This document shows positions 53,174 through 63,442 of a DNA stretch of 64,000 bases, piece after piece; positions within the stretch are counted from its first letter, which is position 1, and each line of letters opens with the position of its first letter. Under the pieces are notes generated by a model. That model saw only the letters and a program-made list of their open reading frames with translations, had not been told where the DNA came from and ran no database searches. The DNA comes from an uncultured Gammaproteobacteria bacterium (GTDB lineage Bacteria; Patescibacteriota; Microgenomatia; UBA1406; GWC2-37-13): NCBI GenBank assembly GCA_964435665.1, contig CAYSZW010000004.1:16284-80283 (forward strand), given 5' to 3'. The position numbers and the translations under genes were made by a program.

Positions 53174-54433
53174 TTAAGTGTATCTAAAGAAAATCATTTT
53201 GGAAACTAGAGAAATACCTGCGAGCAGAGAATATGAGCCAGAAATAATAAGCCAAGGTTTTTTATCTGAAGTTGTATATGAATTAGATTCAGTTGTTATG
53301 ACAAGTGGGTCTTCTTTTTCTGTAAATTGAGGTATCGGTTTTGCTGTAACATATACAGTCTGTTTTTTTACAGATATAGTGGGTGAGGGTTTAAAAGAAA
53401 TTTTTGGTATTATGCTAATTCCTAATATACTTCCAGTTAGAGTGGGTGTGACAGTTTTTGTTACTGTAGGAATTATGATCGTATCAATACAAGGGGAATT
53501 CGATTTGTTTTTTGAAGGATTCTGATAACAAAAAACATTTGAACTATTTTTTCCAATACTAGTATCTTTTTCTGAATCTTCATAAGAAAATGAATCCACT
53601 ACTTCCCCATTAGGATTTAATAATCTAATATCATCACCAGCATTATTAAATAACGAGGAACTCATATCAATGGAAGCATAACTAAACGGTAACATAGTTA
53701 CAGAAAATTTTTTTGGTGAAGCGCCACTATCTGCTGTATCGTCTATAAACCAATCGGAAAGTGTTACTTCATTATTATTATTGTTGAATAACTCAACCCA
53801 TTCATTGCTTGTCGAATTAGGATATACCATCGCTTCTGTTATTGATATATTTTTAATGGCTACAAAGGTTGGTGTTGGCACAGATGTAGGTGTATAAAAT
53901 GGCGTTGGCGTTATTAATAATTCTTCAAAGGTAATACTATCGAAATAAGCAGTTCCCAAAGAAACGAGTAAGCGAATTTTTGCAGAATGTGCATTTGCTG
54001 GTGAAATTGCACTTATATGTACTAGTTTCCAATCGGTTTCTGTAGAAATGATTTCTGAATCGTGAGTAGTAATTTGGCTACCTGAACCATCTGTAGATTC
54101 ATACCAGGCAATCCGAATAAAAGATTTAGAAGGGGGAGGATTATTGGTTTTTATATAAGCATCAATAGAGTAATACTGCTCAGGTGTAATGGTGTATATT
54201 ATTTGCTCGATTCCATAAGACGTGGAAGAATCATTCTTAATTTGAGCAGATTGTGTTCCTTCTTTTACAGAATCACTGTTAATACTAAATTCGATAGCAT
54301 TATTATTTTTTTGCCATGACTGTTCGTATTGTTCAAAGCCATTATTTTCAAAAGCTAGAATAGAAGTGGGGTAAATACATAACATTATAAAAATGAGAAA
54401 AAAAAGGGTTAGAGATTTATTCAAATACTCCAT
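53174..54433 (-). CDS. Surface protein: CBM4_9-like domain plus lamin-tail domain (LTD), C-terminal TM anchor
   Basis: FENNGFEQ...W...SVKEGTQSAQI is a CBM_4_9-like start. ITEAMVYPNSTSNEWVELFNNNNNEVTLSDWFIDD is the LTD signature. PT linkers are present. ATG 54433 (signal-peptide-like MEYLNKSLTLFFLIFIML) is preferred over 54493. Confidence 0.6.
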   Translation of the reverse strand: MEYLNKSLTLFFLIFIMLCIYPTSILAFENNGFEQYEQSWQKNNNAIEFSINSDSVKEGTQSAQIKNDSSTSYGIEQIIYTITPEQYYSIDAYIKTNNPPPSKSFIRIAWYESTDGSGSQITTHDSEIISTETDWKLVHISAISPANAHSAKIRLLVSLGTAYFDSITFEELLITPTPFYTPTSVPTPTFVAIKNISITEAMVYPNSTSNEWVELFNNNNNEVTLSDWFIDDTADSGASPKKFSVTMLPFSYASIDMSSSLFNNAGDDIRLLNPNGEVVDSFSYEDSEKDTSIGKNSSNVFCYQNPSKNKSNSPCIDTIIIPTVTKTVTPTLTGSILGISIIPKISFKPSPTISVKKQTVYVTAKPIPQFTEKEDPLVITTESNSYTTSDKKPWLIISGSYSLLAGISLVSKMIFFRYT

Positions 54434-55640
54434 AAGGTCCAGATAATGAATAATAATCAGAGACCTTTTTGTCAGGTCCGTAAATTGGATCATTCATAAT
54501 ATAATCACTACCATCAGTTTTTTTGAGAACAACATAATGACTTGATCCACGAACACCTGCAATAACCGGAACTCCTCTATCTAAATAAGAGGAAATATCG
54601 GCTGATCCAATATTTCTATAACTTTTTCCATTTGGCCAAGAGCCATTAAATGTTGAAGGAATATACATATATGCTGATCCTGGTAAAAAATACTGTGAAC
54701 TACTTGCAATATTTGCAGGAGTATAATCAGCTCCATAAAAACGCATTACCATAGCAATGCTTGTAATAAAACATCCTACATCTAGTACAGATTCACTGGA
54801 AGTCCCCATTTGCATACCTGCCCATCTTTCATCACGTTGAGATAAATACCAGCCACCTTCTCCAGTTCCAAGACCATTTGCTGAAACCGTACCAACACCA
54901 GTAATTGCTACGAAGGATTTATAAGCAGTAATTTGTCTTCTGGCTTCTTCCAATAAACGACTATAGTTACTTTCATCATTTTGAGTTGCTGAGAGAAGTA
55001 TTCTTTTTTCTTCTTGTTGTGCTTTAAGACTTGCTTCTTGAGCAGATAATGTATCTTGTAACTTGTCTAATTCTTCTTTTTTCTTTTCTCTTAACTTTTT
55101 TTGTTCTTCGTAATTAAGTTTAGCTTCTTGTACTTCTAGAAGAACTTTTTTATTTGTATCCCGTGCGACTTCATAATATTTCAGTTTATTTACAAGATCA
55201 GAAGCGTTAGAGGTATCAAAAATAATATCAATAACAGATGCTTGTCTTGTTTTGTATCCAACAACAATACGTTCAAGCATTGTTTTAGATAATTGGTCTA
55301 AAGAAGAATCAAGATCTCCAATCCAATCATCAAGAGTATCGATTTCATATTCTGTGGCTTCAATCTTTTCTGCAGTTTCTTCGGTTTTTAATTGAGTTAA
55401 ATAAATTTGTGTATCCATATACTCAATTTGTGAAGAAAGTGTATTCTTTTGATTTCGAGCTTCAGTAAGTTTTTTTTCATATTCGTCTATCTTTTTTTGA
55501 ATTTCATTTTTAGCGGCATCATTATTTGGTGCAGATGTTGGTGTAGGTGTCGCATCTTGGGCTAATAAAGGAGATGATACTGAAGTAAGTAATAAGATTG
55601 CTATACACAGAATTGAAAAATAAAATCGAAGCCTAAACAT
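54417..55640 (-). CDS. Coiled-coil plus papain-fold Cys peptidase (C39_2/CHAP-like) cell-wall hydrolase, PcsB/CwlO-type FtsEX partner
   Basis: A signal peptide starts from M28 (MFRLRFYFSILCIAILLL...AQD), followed by ~230 aa of heptad-rich coil. The C-terminal VGCFITSIAMV ... SSHYVVL ... MNDP forms a candidate Cys-His-Asp triad. It lies directly downstream of ftsE-ftsX. Confidence 0.6.
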   Translation of the reverse strand: MFRLRFYFSILCIAILLLTSVSSPLLAQDATPTPTSAPNNDAAKNEIQKKIDEYEKKLTEARNQKNTLSSQIEYMDTQIYLTQLKTEETAEKIEATEYEIDTLDDWIGDLDSSLDQLSKTMLERIVVGYKTRQASVIDIIFDTSNASDLVNKLKYYEVARDTNKKVLLEVQEAKLNYEEQKKLREKKKEELDKLQDTLSAQEASLKAQQEEKRILLSATQNDESNYSRLLEEARRQITAYKSFVAITGVGTVSANGLGTGEGGWYLSQRDERWAGMQMGTSSESVLDVGCFITSIAMVMRFYGADYTPANIASSSQYFLPGSAYMYIPSTFNGSWPNGKSYRNIGSADISSYLDRGVPVIAGVRGSSHYVVLKKTDGSDYIMNDPIYGPDKKVSDYYSLSGPYGVFE

Positions 55641-55646
55641 AGGATC

Positions 55647-55652
55647 ATTGTA
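55647..55652 (-). promoter_or_regulatory. -10-like hexamer TACAAT ending 6 nt before the ATG at 55640
   Basis: The reverse complement of 55647-55652 is TACAAT. This supports the M28 start of the hydrolase gene. Confidence 0.3.
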
Positions 55653-55686
55653 GTGGAAATTACATACCGAGGCAAGTTCAGAATGC

Positions 55687-56577
55687 TTACAAATATCTAT
55701 TAGTTGCAGTAAGACTTGCAATAAGACTTATGAGAAAACTAAAAAAGATAGTAACAAACATTGTTGCTAACACAAATGCTATATTAAATGGCCAAACTTG
55801 CATACCAAAACCAAATAGCATAACAGTTAAAGTTGGGATACCACTTAAATAACCAGACAAAATTGAGTTTAATGTTACTAATAAACCTACCAAAATAATA
55901 TTTGCGCCTGCTGTAGCCATTAAACCAAGAAATATACTTTCCTGAATGAATGGCTTACGAATATAGTCATTACTTGCACCAAGTAATTTAAGAAGAGAAA
56001 TTTCATCTTTTTTAAGTGCAATTTTAAATGAAGTTGTAATAGTTAATACAATAATAGATACAAACAATAGGTATCCAAAAAAGATAAGTGAAATTTGTCG
56101 AATATTTGAGGTTAATCGTAATAAATTATCTACAATATCCTTTTGAAATTGTACTTCGTCAACTCCTGGTTCATTTGCTAACATTTCTGCAATTTGTGGT
56201 AAGAATGCTGGTTCTTTTGCATCAATTTCTAAAGAAGCAGGAAGAATATCTGCTGATGTCATTTCAAGAAGTAATGGATCATTTTTTGTTAGCTCTTTAT
56301 AAATGTTATATGCTTCCGTTTTGGAGACATATGTTATTTCTTTTGTTTTACCAGAAGCTTCTAATTTATCTCTAACAGCAAAAATTTCTTTTTCTTCTGC
56401 TTTAATTTGAAAATATACAATTACTCGTGGTCTTGTTTCTACATATCCCAATAATCCTTGAATAAAAGAGAGAGATATAAAAATAAGTCCCGACATAAGA
56501 AGTGTAAAGAACAATATAGAAAGTGCAGCAAATGTCTGATAAGGAGTTCTTCTTAGTGAGGTTGTTACATCGCTCAT
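55687..56577 (-). CDS. ftsX: Cell division ABC transporter permease-like FtsX
   Basis: One TM helix, a large extracytoplasmic loop and three C-terminal TM helices. A 4-nt overlap joins it to ftsE. Confidence 0.8.
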   Translation of the reverse strand: MSDVTTSLRRTPYQTFAALSILFFTLLMSGLIFISLSFIQGLLGYVETRPRVIVYFQIKAEEKEIFAVRDKLEASGKTKEITYVSKTEAYNIYKELTKNDPLLLEMTSADILPASLEIDAKEPAFLPQIAEMLANEPGVDEVQFQKDIVDNLLRLTSNIRQISLIFFGYLLFVSIIVLTITTSFKIALKKDEISLLKLLGASNDYIRKPFIQESIFLGLMATAGANIILVGLLVTLNSILSGYLSGIPTLTVMLFGFGMQVWPFNIAFVLATMFVTIFFSFLISLIASLTATNRYL

Positions 56578-57251
56578 AGTTCATAACCTCCTTTTTCTTG
56601 ATCCTTTACAAGTGCACCATGCTTCATAACTAATACACGGCGTTTCATACTATTTACAATATCGGTGTTATGAGTTGCAAATAAAATTGTTTTTGTTTTT
56701 TCTAACTTTTTGAAAATTTTCATAACTTCCCAGGTAGTTTTTGGATCTAAATTACCTGTTGGTTCATCTGCAAGAATAATATTTCGGTCACCAACAATTG
56801 CGCGAGCAATAGCTACTCGTTGTAATTCACCTGCGGAAAGTTGGGCAGGGAACATGTTCATTTTTTCTGCAATACCTGTAGTTTCTAGAGCTTCTATACT
56901 TTGTCTTTTAATTTCAGATTCAGGATATCCTTTTACTCTCATACTTAATGCAACATTTTCTAAAACATTTTTTTCATTAAGAACTTTAAAATCTTGAAAT
57001 ACAATGCCAATACGTTGTCGAAGATTAGTAGTGTGTTTATATTTTTTGGAAGAAATGTCTTCGCTATCAAGAGTAATACTTCCAGATTCTGGCACAACTT
57101 CTCGAAGAAGAAGTTTGAGAATTGTAGTTTTACCAGCACCAGAAGGACCAACTAAATAAATAAATTCATTATCAGCTACATTGAAAGAAACATCATTAAG
57201 TGCTAAGTTACCAAAAGGATATTTAACGGTGACATTTTGAAACGAAATCAT
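56574..57251 (-). CDS. ftsE: Cell division ATP-binding protein FtsE
   Basis: Walker [10 protein letters not shown], signature LSAGELQRV and Walker [12 protein letters not shown], with typical FtsE length. Confidence 0.88.
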   Translation of the reverse strand: MISFQNVTVKYPFGNLALNDVSFNVADNEFIYLVGPSGAGKTTILKLLLREVVPESGSITLDSEDISSKKYKHTTNLRQRIGIVFQDFKVLNEKNVLENVALSMRVKGYPESEIKRQSIEALETTGIAEKMNMFPAQLSAGELQRVAIARAIVGDRNIILADEPTGNLDPKTTWEVMKIFKKLEKTKTILFATHNTDIVNSMKRRVLVMKHGALVKDQEKGGYEL

Positions 57252-57316
57252 ACAGCTTACAAATTATTAGTAACTATCTTATTAAAGCAGATTTGTGATG
57301 ATCTTTAAAGGCGAAG

Positions 57317-57775
57317 TTATTTAATAACTTCAACATAGCCTACATCCATAAGCCAACCAGCTTTTTCTGCTGTGAATGTTTGTCCTCGTACTTTTACTTT
57401 TTTACCAACAAATTCTGATAAATCAACAGTTGAAGATGTTAAATATGCTGTTTGATCTTCTCCACCTGGTCTTTCTAAATGGAAACTTCCTTCACCTTCA
57501 AATCCACCTTCTTTAAGTGTGCCTTCTGCTTCATCTGGAAATGTTTTTTCATCGAGAATACCGGCTGAAGTTTTTGAACCATCTGCACCTTTTTCATTAG
57601 TTTTATCTGCTGTGGTGCTCATTGAGCCACTAGAAAAACTATATACACCAAATCCTGTTGCAGCACCAAGTGCAAGGGCGGCAAGAATAATGACTATAAC
57701 AATTGGGGTAGATAAAGAAGTTGAAACACGTGGTTTATTGATTGAGTGTAATATATGTTTATCTTGATTTTCCAT
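57317..57775 (-). CDS. Hypothetical TM-anchored protein (152 aa)
   Basis: One TM helix (IVIVIILAALALGAATGFGVY) and a ~100-aa extracytoplasmic domain. Confidence 0.5.
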   Translation of the reverse strand: MENQDKHILHSINKPRVSTSLSTPIVIVIILAALALGAATGFGVYSFSSGSMSTTADKTNEKGADGSKTSAGILDEKTFPDEAEGTLKEGGFEGEGSFHLERPGGEDQTAYLTSSTVDLSEFVGKKVKVRGQTFTAEKAGWLMDVGYVEVIK

Positions 57776-57815
57776 AGATATTAGAATAACACATGACCAG
57801 AAAAAACAAAAGATT

Positions 57816-58835
57816 TTATTTATTTGGTTGCTTTATAAAAGCTTCAATAAAGCCTTCAATATTACCATCAAGCACTTTTTCTGTTTGTGTTTCTTCGTAA
57901 TCTGTCCGAAGATCTTTAATCATTTTATATGGATGAAGCACATACGATCTAATTTGAGTTCCCCAAGAAGCCATTTTGTCTTTTTTAAATGAAGCAATAG
58001 CTTTGTCTTTCTTTTCTTCTTCAAGTTGCCATAATTGTGCACGAAGCAAACTTAAAGCTGTTTCTCTATTTTGCATTTGTGAACGTTCTTGCTGACAAGT
58101 TACGGTAATACCAGTTGGCTTATGAATAAGTCGAACAGCAGTTGAAACTTTGTTTACATTTTGTCCTCCAGCACCACCTGATCTAAAAAATGACCATTCT
58201 AATTCGTCATCTGTAATTTTAATTTGATGATCTTTGACAATTGGTAACACTTCTACTAATGCAAAAGAGGTCTGGCGAAGTCCATCTGCGTTAAATGGTG
58301 ATTGTCGAACTAATCTATGAACTCCTGCTTCTGCTTTCATATAACCATATGCAAAATCGCCATATACATTAATAATGACACTTTTAATACCTGCTTCTTC
58401 TCCTTGAACACGGTCAACTTCTTCCCATTTCCAACCTTTGATATCAAAAAAACGAGTATACATTCTAAATAACATATCGGTCCAATCCATAGCTTCCGTA
58501 CCACCTTGACCTGCATGAATAGAAAAAATTGCATCACCTTGGTCGTATGTACCACTTAAAAATAATCGTACTTCATATGTGTCAATTAATTTTTCAGCTT
58601 CTTTTAGTTCATCTTCACTAAGATATAATTCCATCATTTCAAGATCTTCGAGTTCTTTTTTCATGCCATTTATTCGTTTCATTACTTCAGCAGCCTCTTC
58701 ATGATTCTCCCAAAAATTTCCTTCATAGGTGCGAGCTTCTAGGCTTTGTAGTTCTGTCTTTTTTTCTTCAGGATTAATTTTTGCTTTAATTTGTCCGAAT
58801 TTTTCAAGAAGTTCTTGTTTGGTAGTATCGTCCAT
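57816..58835 (-). CDS. prfB: Peptide chain release factor 2 (single ORF, no programmed frameshift)
   Basis: SPF tripeptide (RQSPFNA) and GGQ motif ([12 protein letters not shown]). Confidence 0.9.
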   Translation of the reverse strand: MDDTTKQELLEKFGQIKAKINPEEKKTELQSLEARTYEGNFWENHEEAAEVMKRINGMKKELEDLEMMELYLSEDELKEAEKLIDTYEVRLFLSGTYDQGDAIFSIHAGQGGTEAMDWTDMLFRMYTRFFDIKGWKWEEVDRVQGEEAGIKSVIINVYGDFAYGYMKAEAGVHRLVRQSPFNADGLRQTSFALVEVLPIVKDHQIKITDDELEWSFFRSGGAGGQNVNKVSTAVRLIHKPTGITVTCQQERSQMQNRETALSLLRAQLWQLEEEKKDKAIASFKKDKMASWGTQIRSYVLHPYKMIKDLRTDYEETQTEKVLDGNIEGFIEAFIKQPNK

Positions 58836-58841
58836 GAAGAT

Positions 58842-58847
58842 ATTATA
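58842..58847 (-). promoter_or_regulatory. Perfect TATAAT ending 6 nt before the prfB ATG
   Basis: The reverse complement of 58842-58847 is TATAAT, the spacer is atcttc and the ATG ends at 58835. Confidence 0.4.
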
Positions 58848-58878
58848 ACATTAGGAGGGCCATTCTAAACTAATGAAG

Positions 58879-60369
58879 TTATTTAAAGTCTGTTCCAACA
58901 ATAATCACAACATCTGCTGCTTCATCTTCATCTAAGGTTTCAAATTCTGGAGAAGGAACTTGGGAAGCAATATCTACTTCTATATATTCACGAATTTCTG
59001 TGTCTTCATCGCGAATTTGAACTACGGTTGTTTCATAATCAAATGCATCAGCATTGCCAGTTAAAATTTCTCCATACCCTTTACCTTGGAAAAACTCTTT
59101 GACTTCTGTTGCTTTTCCAGAAATACCAGAACCATTTAAAACTTTGACTCGAATTTCTTCGCGTTTTACAGAAGGTGTTGGTGTTGGCGTAACAGGAGGA
59201 ACAGTTGGTTCAAGTACTGGTGTTGGCGTTGGTTGTGTCATACCAGGAATAGAAATAGCTGAAAGTGATGGGAATTTAAATCCACCCATTTTCATATCTT
59301 TCCAATTTACTTGAGAAAGTGCATACAACAAACCAAATGTTATAACAAATGAAACTATAAATAGAATTGCATTTTTAACAGGAAATTTTTTATCACTTAA
59401 ATTAACTGAAGGAACTTGCATGGATGGCATTGCATTAGAGGTTTTTCCTAATAATGAGAAGGATTTATTCTCTTGTGAAAATATAAATGCCCCAATAAGC
59501 ATGTCGTACATAAGAATTGGAAGTGGTTTTGTATCGTGTTGAAGCATTTTAAGATAATCTGCATAAAAATGAGGAATGATACGAATTAATGGATTCGTCC
59601 ATACACCAACATTTTTTGTAAAAGTATCTTGACGTATGCCATCTGCTTGTTTTCCAGAAAGAATTAATCGATTTAATTTAATATTTTTAGCAACATATTC
59701 CGCAGCTTTTTTTTGAAGGATTTCTTCAACTTTGCCTTCTGCAGGAATTACTGCTTCCCATTTTTCTCCTTCTAATAATCCATAAGAATCGTAAACATAT
59801 CCTTGTAAGAGATTATTTTCATACGAAACATACCATATATTTTCTTTTTTATTTTTGCGGAGGGTTTTTTCAAATAATTTATAGTAGGTAAGTGATTCAG
59901 GAATGACGGAAGTTACTTTGAGTTCTAATAATTTAAATGGTTGTTCAAATGCAGCAAGTGTTTCTTTTTTAATGCCAAAAAATAATACTTGTTTCTGTCC
60001 TTCACTTTCTTGAATAAGATAACTAAAGTCCATTGAGTCAGCTTCAATATTTTGAGCTTTTGCTTTTTCTTTAAGGAAAGATTCTAAAACAGCTGGAGTT
60101 ACATCAACAGGTAATTCTATTCTAAAAAATGAGAATGCTTCAACAGGAAGAATAAGAGTAATATCTTTTTCTTTTAGCGGTTGTTCAGGAATCTCTTCAA
60201 GAGTTTTTTTTACTGCAGAATCAATAACGTCTATATTGCCTGGCATGCCATTTTGAATTAAATCTACTTCAAATGTTTTACCATAAAAAGACACATCATA
60301 TTGGCCAAGGAGGCTTTTTTTAAGATGTAATAATTTAATCTGGTGCGAATCTAAGTATATATAGAGCAT
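58879..60369 (-). CDS. Bitopic protein: cytoplasmic N-domain, TM helix, PT linker, C-terminal LytR_C domain
   Basis: IRVKVLNGSGISGKATEVKEFFQGKGY matches the LytR_C consensus, and the mid-protein TM is AILFIVSFVITFGLLYAL. TATAAT (60377-60382, minus) lies 7 nt upstream of the ATG. Confidence 0.55.
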   Translation of the reverse strand: MLYIYLDSHQIKLLHLKKSLLGQYDVSFYGKTFEVDLIQNGMPGNIDVIDSAVKKTLEEIPEQPLKEKDITLILPVEAFSFFRIELPVDVTPAVLESFLKEKAKAQNIEADSMDFSYLIQESEGQKQVLFFGIKKETLAAFEQPFKLLELKVTSVIPESLTYYKLFEKTLRKNKKENIWYVSYENNLLQGYVYDSYGLLEGEKWEAVIPAEGKVEEILQKKAAEYVAKNIKLNRLILSGKQADGIRQDTFTKNVGVWTNPLIRIIPHFYADYLKMLQHDTKPLPILMYDMLIGAFIFSQENKSFSLLGKTSNAMPSMQVPSVNLSDKKFPVKNAILFIVSFVITFGLLYALSQVNWKDMKMGGFKFPSLSAISIPGMTQPTPTPVLEPTVPPVTPTPTPSVKREEIRVKVLNGSGISGKATEVKEFFQGKGYGEILTGNADAFDYETTVVQIRDEDTEIREYIEVDIASQVPSPEFETLDEDEAADVVIIVGTDFK

Positions 60370-60521
60370 TAGAACTATTATAATAGTATTCAGAAAAAGA
60401 AAGCAAGAGGAAGTTTGAACTTAAAATAAGTATTTATTGGAAGCCCTAATCCAGCTAAAATTATTAAGAATGGTGCTTAGATAAGTCTACTTTTATGTTA
60501 TTATGGGTATGAAAAAAGTAT

Positions 60522-62273
60522 ATGGAAGATCAAATAGAAGAGATAAAAAGTAAACTCGACATTGTCGAATTTATTTCACAATACGTTGAAGTTAAAAAGT
60601 CTGGACGCAATTTTAAGGCATTATGTCCGTTTCATCAGGAAAAGTCTCCGTCCTTTGTAATTTCTCCCGATAGACAGATATGGCATTGTTTTGGTACTTG
60701 TGGTGAAGGTGGAGATGTCATTAAGTTTTTAATGAAAATGGATAACTTAACTTTCATAGAAGCTCTTCGTGAACTTGCCCAACGTACTGGTGTAAAGCTT
60801 GAATCAATGCCAGCTGGTGATAATGAATCAAATAAAAAAGATGCAGTATATGCTATGAATAATTGGGCTGCACGCTATTATTCTCACATTCTACAAAAAT
60901 TACCAGTAGGACAAAAAGCGCGAGATTATTTAAAAAATCGAGGTATTAATGAAAAAATAATTAATACGTTTGAATTAGGATATGCACCTGATTCTTGGGA
61001 TTCATTGATTAAATTTTTAAAGTCAAAAAAATATTCAGAAGAACAAATGTTATTAGCAGGTTTAGTTGTATCTTCAGCAAAAGGACACATGTACGATAGA
61101 TTTCGTAATCGTTTAATGTTTCCAATAAAAGACACGAAAGGAAATGTTATAGGTTTTTCTGGCAGACAATTAGATGATGCAGATAAATCTGCTAAATATA
61201 TAAATACACCAGAAACGCCTGTATATCACAAACGAATGAGTTTGTTCGGTATTCATTTAGCAAGTGATGCAATTCGAAAAGAAGAAAATGTATATGTTGT
61301 TGAAGGTGAATTTGATATGATTACGCCGTTTCAAAAAGGAATTTCTAATATTGTAGCAATTAAAGGTGCAGCACTTACAAAAGAACAATTAACACTTTTA
61401 AAGCGTTATACAAATAAAATCACCTTAGCTTTAGATACAGATGAAGCAGGAATTGAAGCCATGAAACGTGGTATTAATGAAGCATTTGAATTTGATTTTG
61501 ATATTCGCGTGGCACAATTTACAAAAGGTAAAGATCCAGATGAAGCAGCAACTGCTGATTTTATTACCTTTAAAAAAGAGTTAGATCAAGCAATTCCACT
61601 CTATGACTTTTTATTCCAAATAGTTCTAAAAAAATATCCAGAGAAAACTTCCTATTCTAAAAAGAAACTAGGTGATGAACTTATTCCTTACATCCGTACT
61701 ATTCAAAACAGCATTATTAAAGCTCACTACACCAAAAAGTTAGCAGAGCTTTTGGAAATGAAAGAAGAACAAGTTGAAAGACTCATTTATTATTCAAAAC
61801 GTAATTTTAAATCCAAACTTCCTGCAAAAACTGATCTACATCAAATTCCACGCGAAGAAATGGTACAAAAATATTTACTAAGTATTTTGTTCCAATCCGA
61901 TTCTCCAAAAAAACTTTCTGCACAAATTTTTAGTATTGTGTCTAAAGATGATTTTTCAATACCTGCATATCAAAAAATAATAACTGCATACCAAACATTT
62001 TTAGATGAAACAGGGGAACATGATTCGTATACAGATTTTGCTCAGACAATTCCTTCTGAATTAAAATCTGTTGCCGATGAAATTTATTTATACGCATCTG
62101 GAGATCACACGTTTGATAAAGAAAAAATCTGGGATATTGTGTTTGAATTATTGGAACATCAATATAGAATGAAGTATGCAACTTCTGAAGATGATGAAGA
62201 AGTTATGCTATATAAAAAGAAGTTAGATGCTCTAGATAAAAAAGAATTGGAAAAATTATTCAAATCAGTGTAA
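60522..62273 (+). CDS. dnaG: DNA primase
   Basis: Zn-ribbon [35 protein letters not shown] core and Toprim ([15 protein letters not shown]). Confidence 0.92.
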   Translation: MEDQIEEIKSKLDIVEFISQYVEVKKSGRNFKALCPFHQEKSPSFVISPDRQIWHCFGTCGEGGDVIKFLMKMDNLTFIEALRELAQRTGVKLESMPAGDNESNKKDAVYAMNNWAARYYSHILQKLPVGQKARDYLKNRGINEKIINTFELGYAPDSWDSLIKFLKSKKYSEEQMLLAGLVVSSAKGHMYDRFRNRLMFPIKDTKGNVIGFSGRQLDDADKSAKYINTPETPVYHKRMSLFGIHLASDAIRKEENVYVVEGEFDMITPFQKGISNIVAIKGAALTKEQLTLLKRYTNKITLALDTDEAGIEAMKRGINEAFEFDFDIRVAQFTKGKDPDEAATADFITFKKELDQAIPLYDFLFQIVLKKYPEKTSYSKKKLGDELIPYIRTIQNSIIKAHYTKKLAELLEMKEEQVERLIYYSKRNFKSKLPAKTDLHQIPREEMVQKYLLSILFQSDSPKKLSAQIFSIVSKDDFSIPAYQKIITAYQTFLDETGEHDSYTDFAQTIPSELKSVADEIYLYASGDHTFDKEKIWDIVFELLEHQYRMKYATSEDDEEVMLYKKKLDALDKKELEKLFKSV

Positions 62274-62284
62274 AATGTACAGCT

Positions 62285-63373
62285 ATGATTAACCGCATGC
62301 CAAAAAACGTTAAAGAACTACTTAAACAAGGAACCGATGATGGATTTTTAGTCCAAGATGATATCTTACTTGTATTTTCAGAACCAGAAAAACATGTACA
62401 AGAAATAGATGAATTTTTTGAAACTGCTTTTAAAAAAGGAATTGATATTTTTGAAACCATTTCAACACGCGAAGAAACTGAAGCAAATAAAACTGCTGAA
62501 GAAATGGAAAAAGAGTTAGAAAAGCTTGTTGGCGGAAAACATGGAGAATCGTTAGATCCAATTAAAAAATACTTAAAAGAAATTGGTCGTACTCCCCTTT
62601 TAACTTTTGAACAAGAAATAGATCTTGCAAAGAAAAATGAAAAAGGTGATGAAGATGCAAAAGAAAGACTTATTAAATCTAATTTAAGACTTGTAGTTTC
62701 TATTGCTAAAAAATATTTGGGTAGAAGATTATCATTCCTTGATCTTATTCAAGAAGGTAATAAAGGATTAATTCGTGGTGTAGAAAAATATGATTGGCGT
62801 CGAGGATTTAAATTTTCAACATATGCAACATGGTGGATTCGACAAGCAATCACCAGAGCAATTGCAGATCAATCTCGAACAATTCGTATTCCTGTTCACA
62901 TGGTTGACCAGATTAATCGTTTCTATAAAACTCAAAGAAAACTCATGCAACAGCATGGTAAAGATCCAGATATAAGAGATATTGCAAAGGAAATGGAAAT
63001 TTCAATTGAAGAAGCAGAAAATTTAATGCGTATTTCTCAACAGCCAAAATCATTATCAACACCAGTTGGTGATGATAAAGAAGCCACACTTGAACAATTT
63101 ATTGCAGATAAATCTAAACCTAATTTATATGATGTTGTTTCTCAAGAATTGTTAAAGGATGCAATTGGAGAAGTTCTTGAAACTCTTTCACCAAGAGAAC
63201 AAAAAGTTCTTATTATGCGTTTCGGTTTAGAAGATGGAAAACCAAAAACATTAGAAGAAGTTGGTAAAGAATTTAAAGTAACACGAGAACGTATTCGACA
63301 AATTGAAGCTAAAGCAATTCGAAAGTTAAAACATCCAACTCGTGCACGAAAGTTACGAGACTTTTTGGATTAA
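62285..63373 (+). CDS. rpoD: RNA polymerase sigma factor RpoD (sigma-70)
   Basis: Region 2 [17 protein letters not shown], region 3 and region 4.2 [24 protein letters not shown]. Classic dnaG-rpoD linkage. Confidence 0.93.
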   Translation: MINRMPKNVKELLKQGTDDGFLVQDDILLVFSEPEKHVQEIDEFFETAFKKGIDIFETISTREETEANKTAEEMEKELEKLVGGKHGESLDPIKKYLKEIGRTPLLTFEQEIDLAKKNEKGDEDAKERLIKSNLRLVVSIAKKYLGRRLSFLDLIQEGNKGLIRGVEKYDWRRGFKFSTYATWWIRQAITRAIADQSRTIRIPVHMVDQINRFYKTQRKLMQQHGKDPDIRDIAKEMEISIEEAENLMRISQQPKSLSTPVGDDKEATLEQFIADKSKPNLYDVVSQELLKDAIGEVLETLSPREQKVLIMRFGLEDGKPKTLEEVGKEFKVTRERIRQIEAKAIRKLKHPTRARKLRDFLD

Positions 63374-63442
63374 AATTTGCTCCCACAATCAATTATTGCT
63401 TTAGTCTTGAATAGTTTATTAAACAGGTGTACATTTTAATGC

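Noticed and set aside
57816-58835. Expected programmed +1 frameshift in prfB
   Set aside because: RF2 is encoded by one uninterrupted ORF with a complete N-terminus ([13 protein letters not shown]...). No in-frame early TGA or CUU UGA slippery context was seen. Many bacteria lack the frameshift, so this is not notable.
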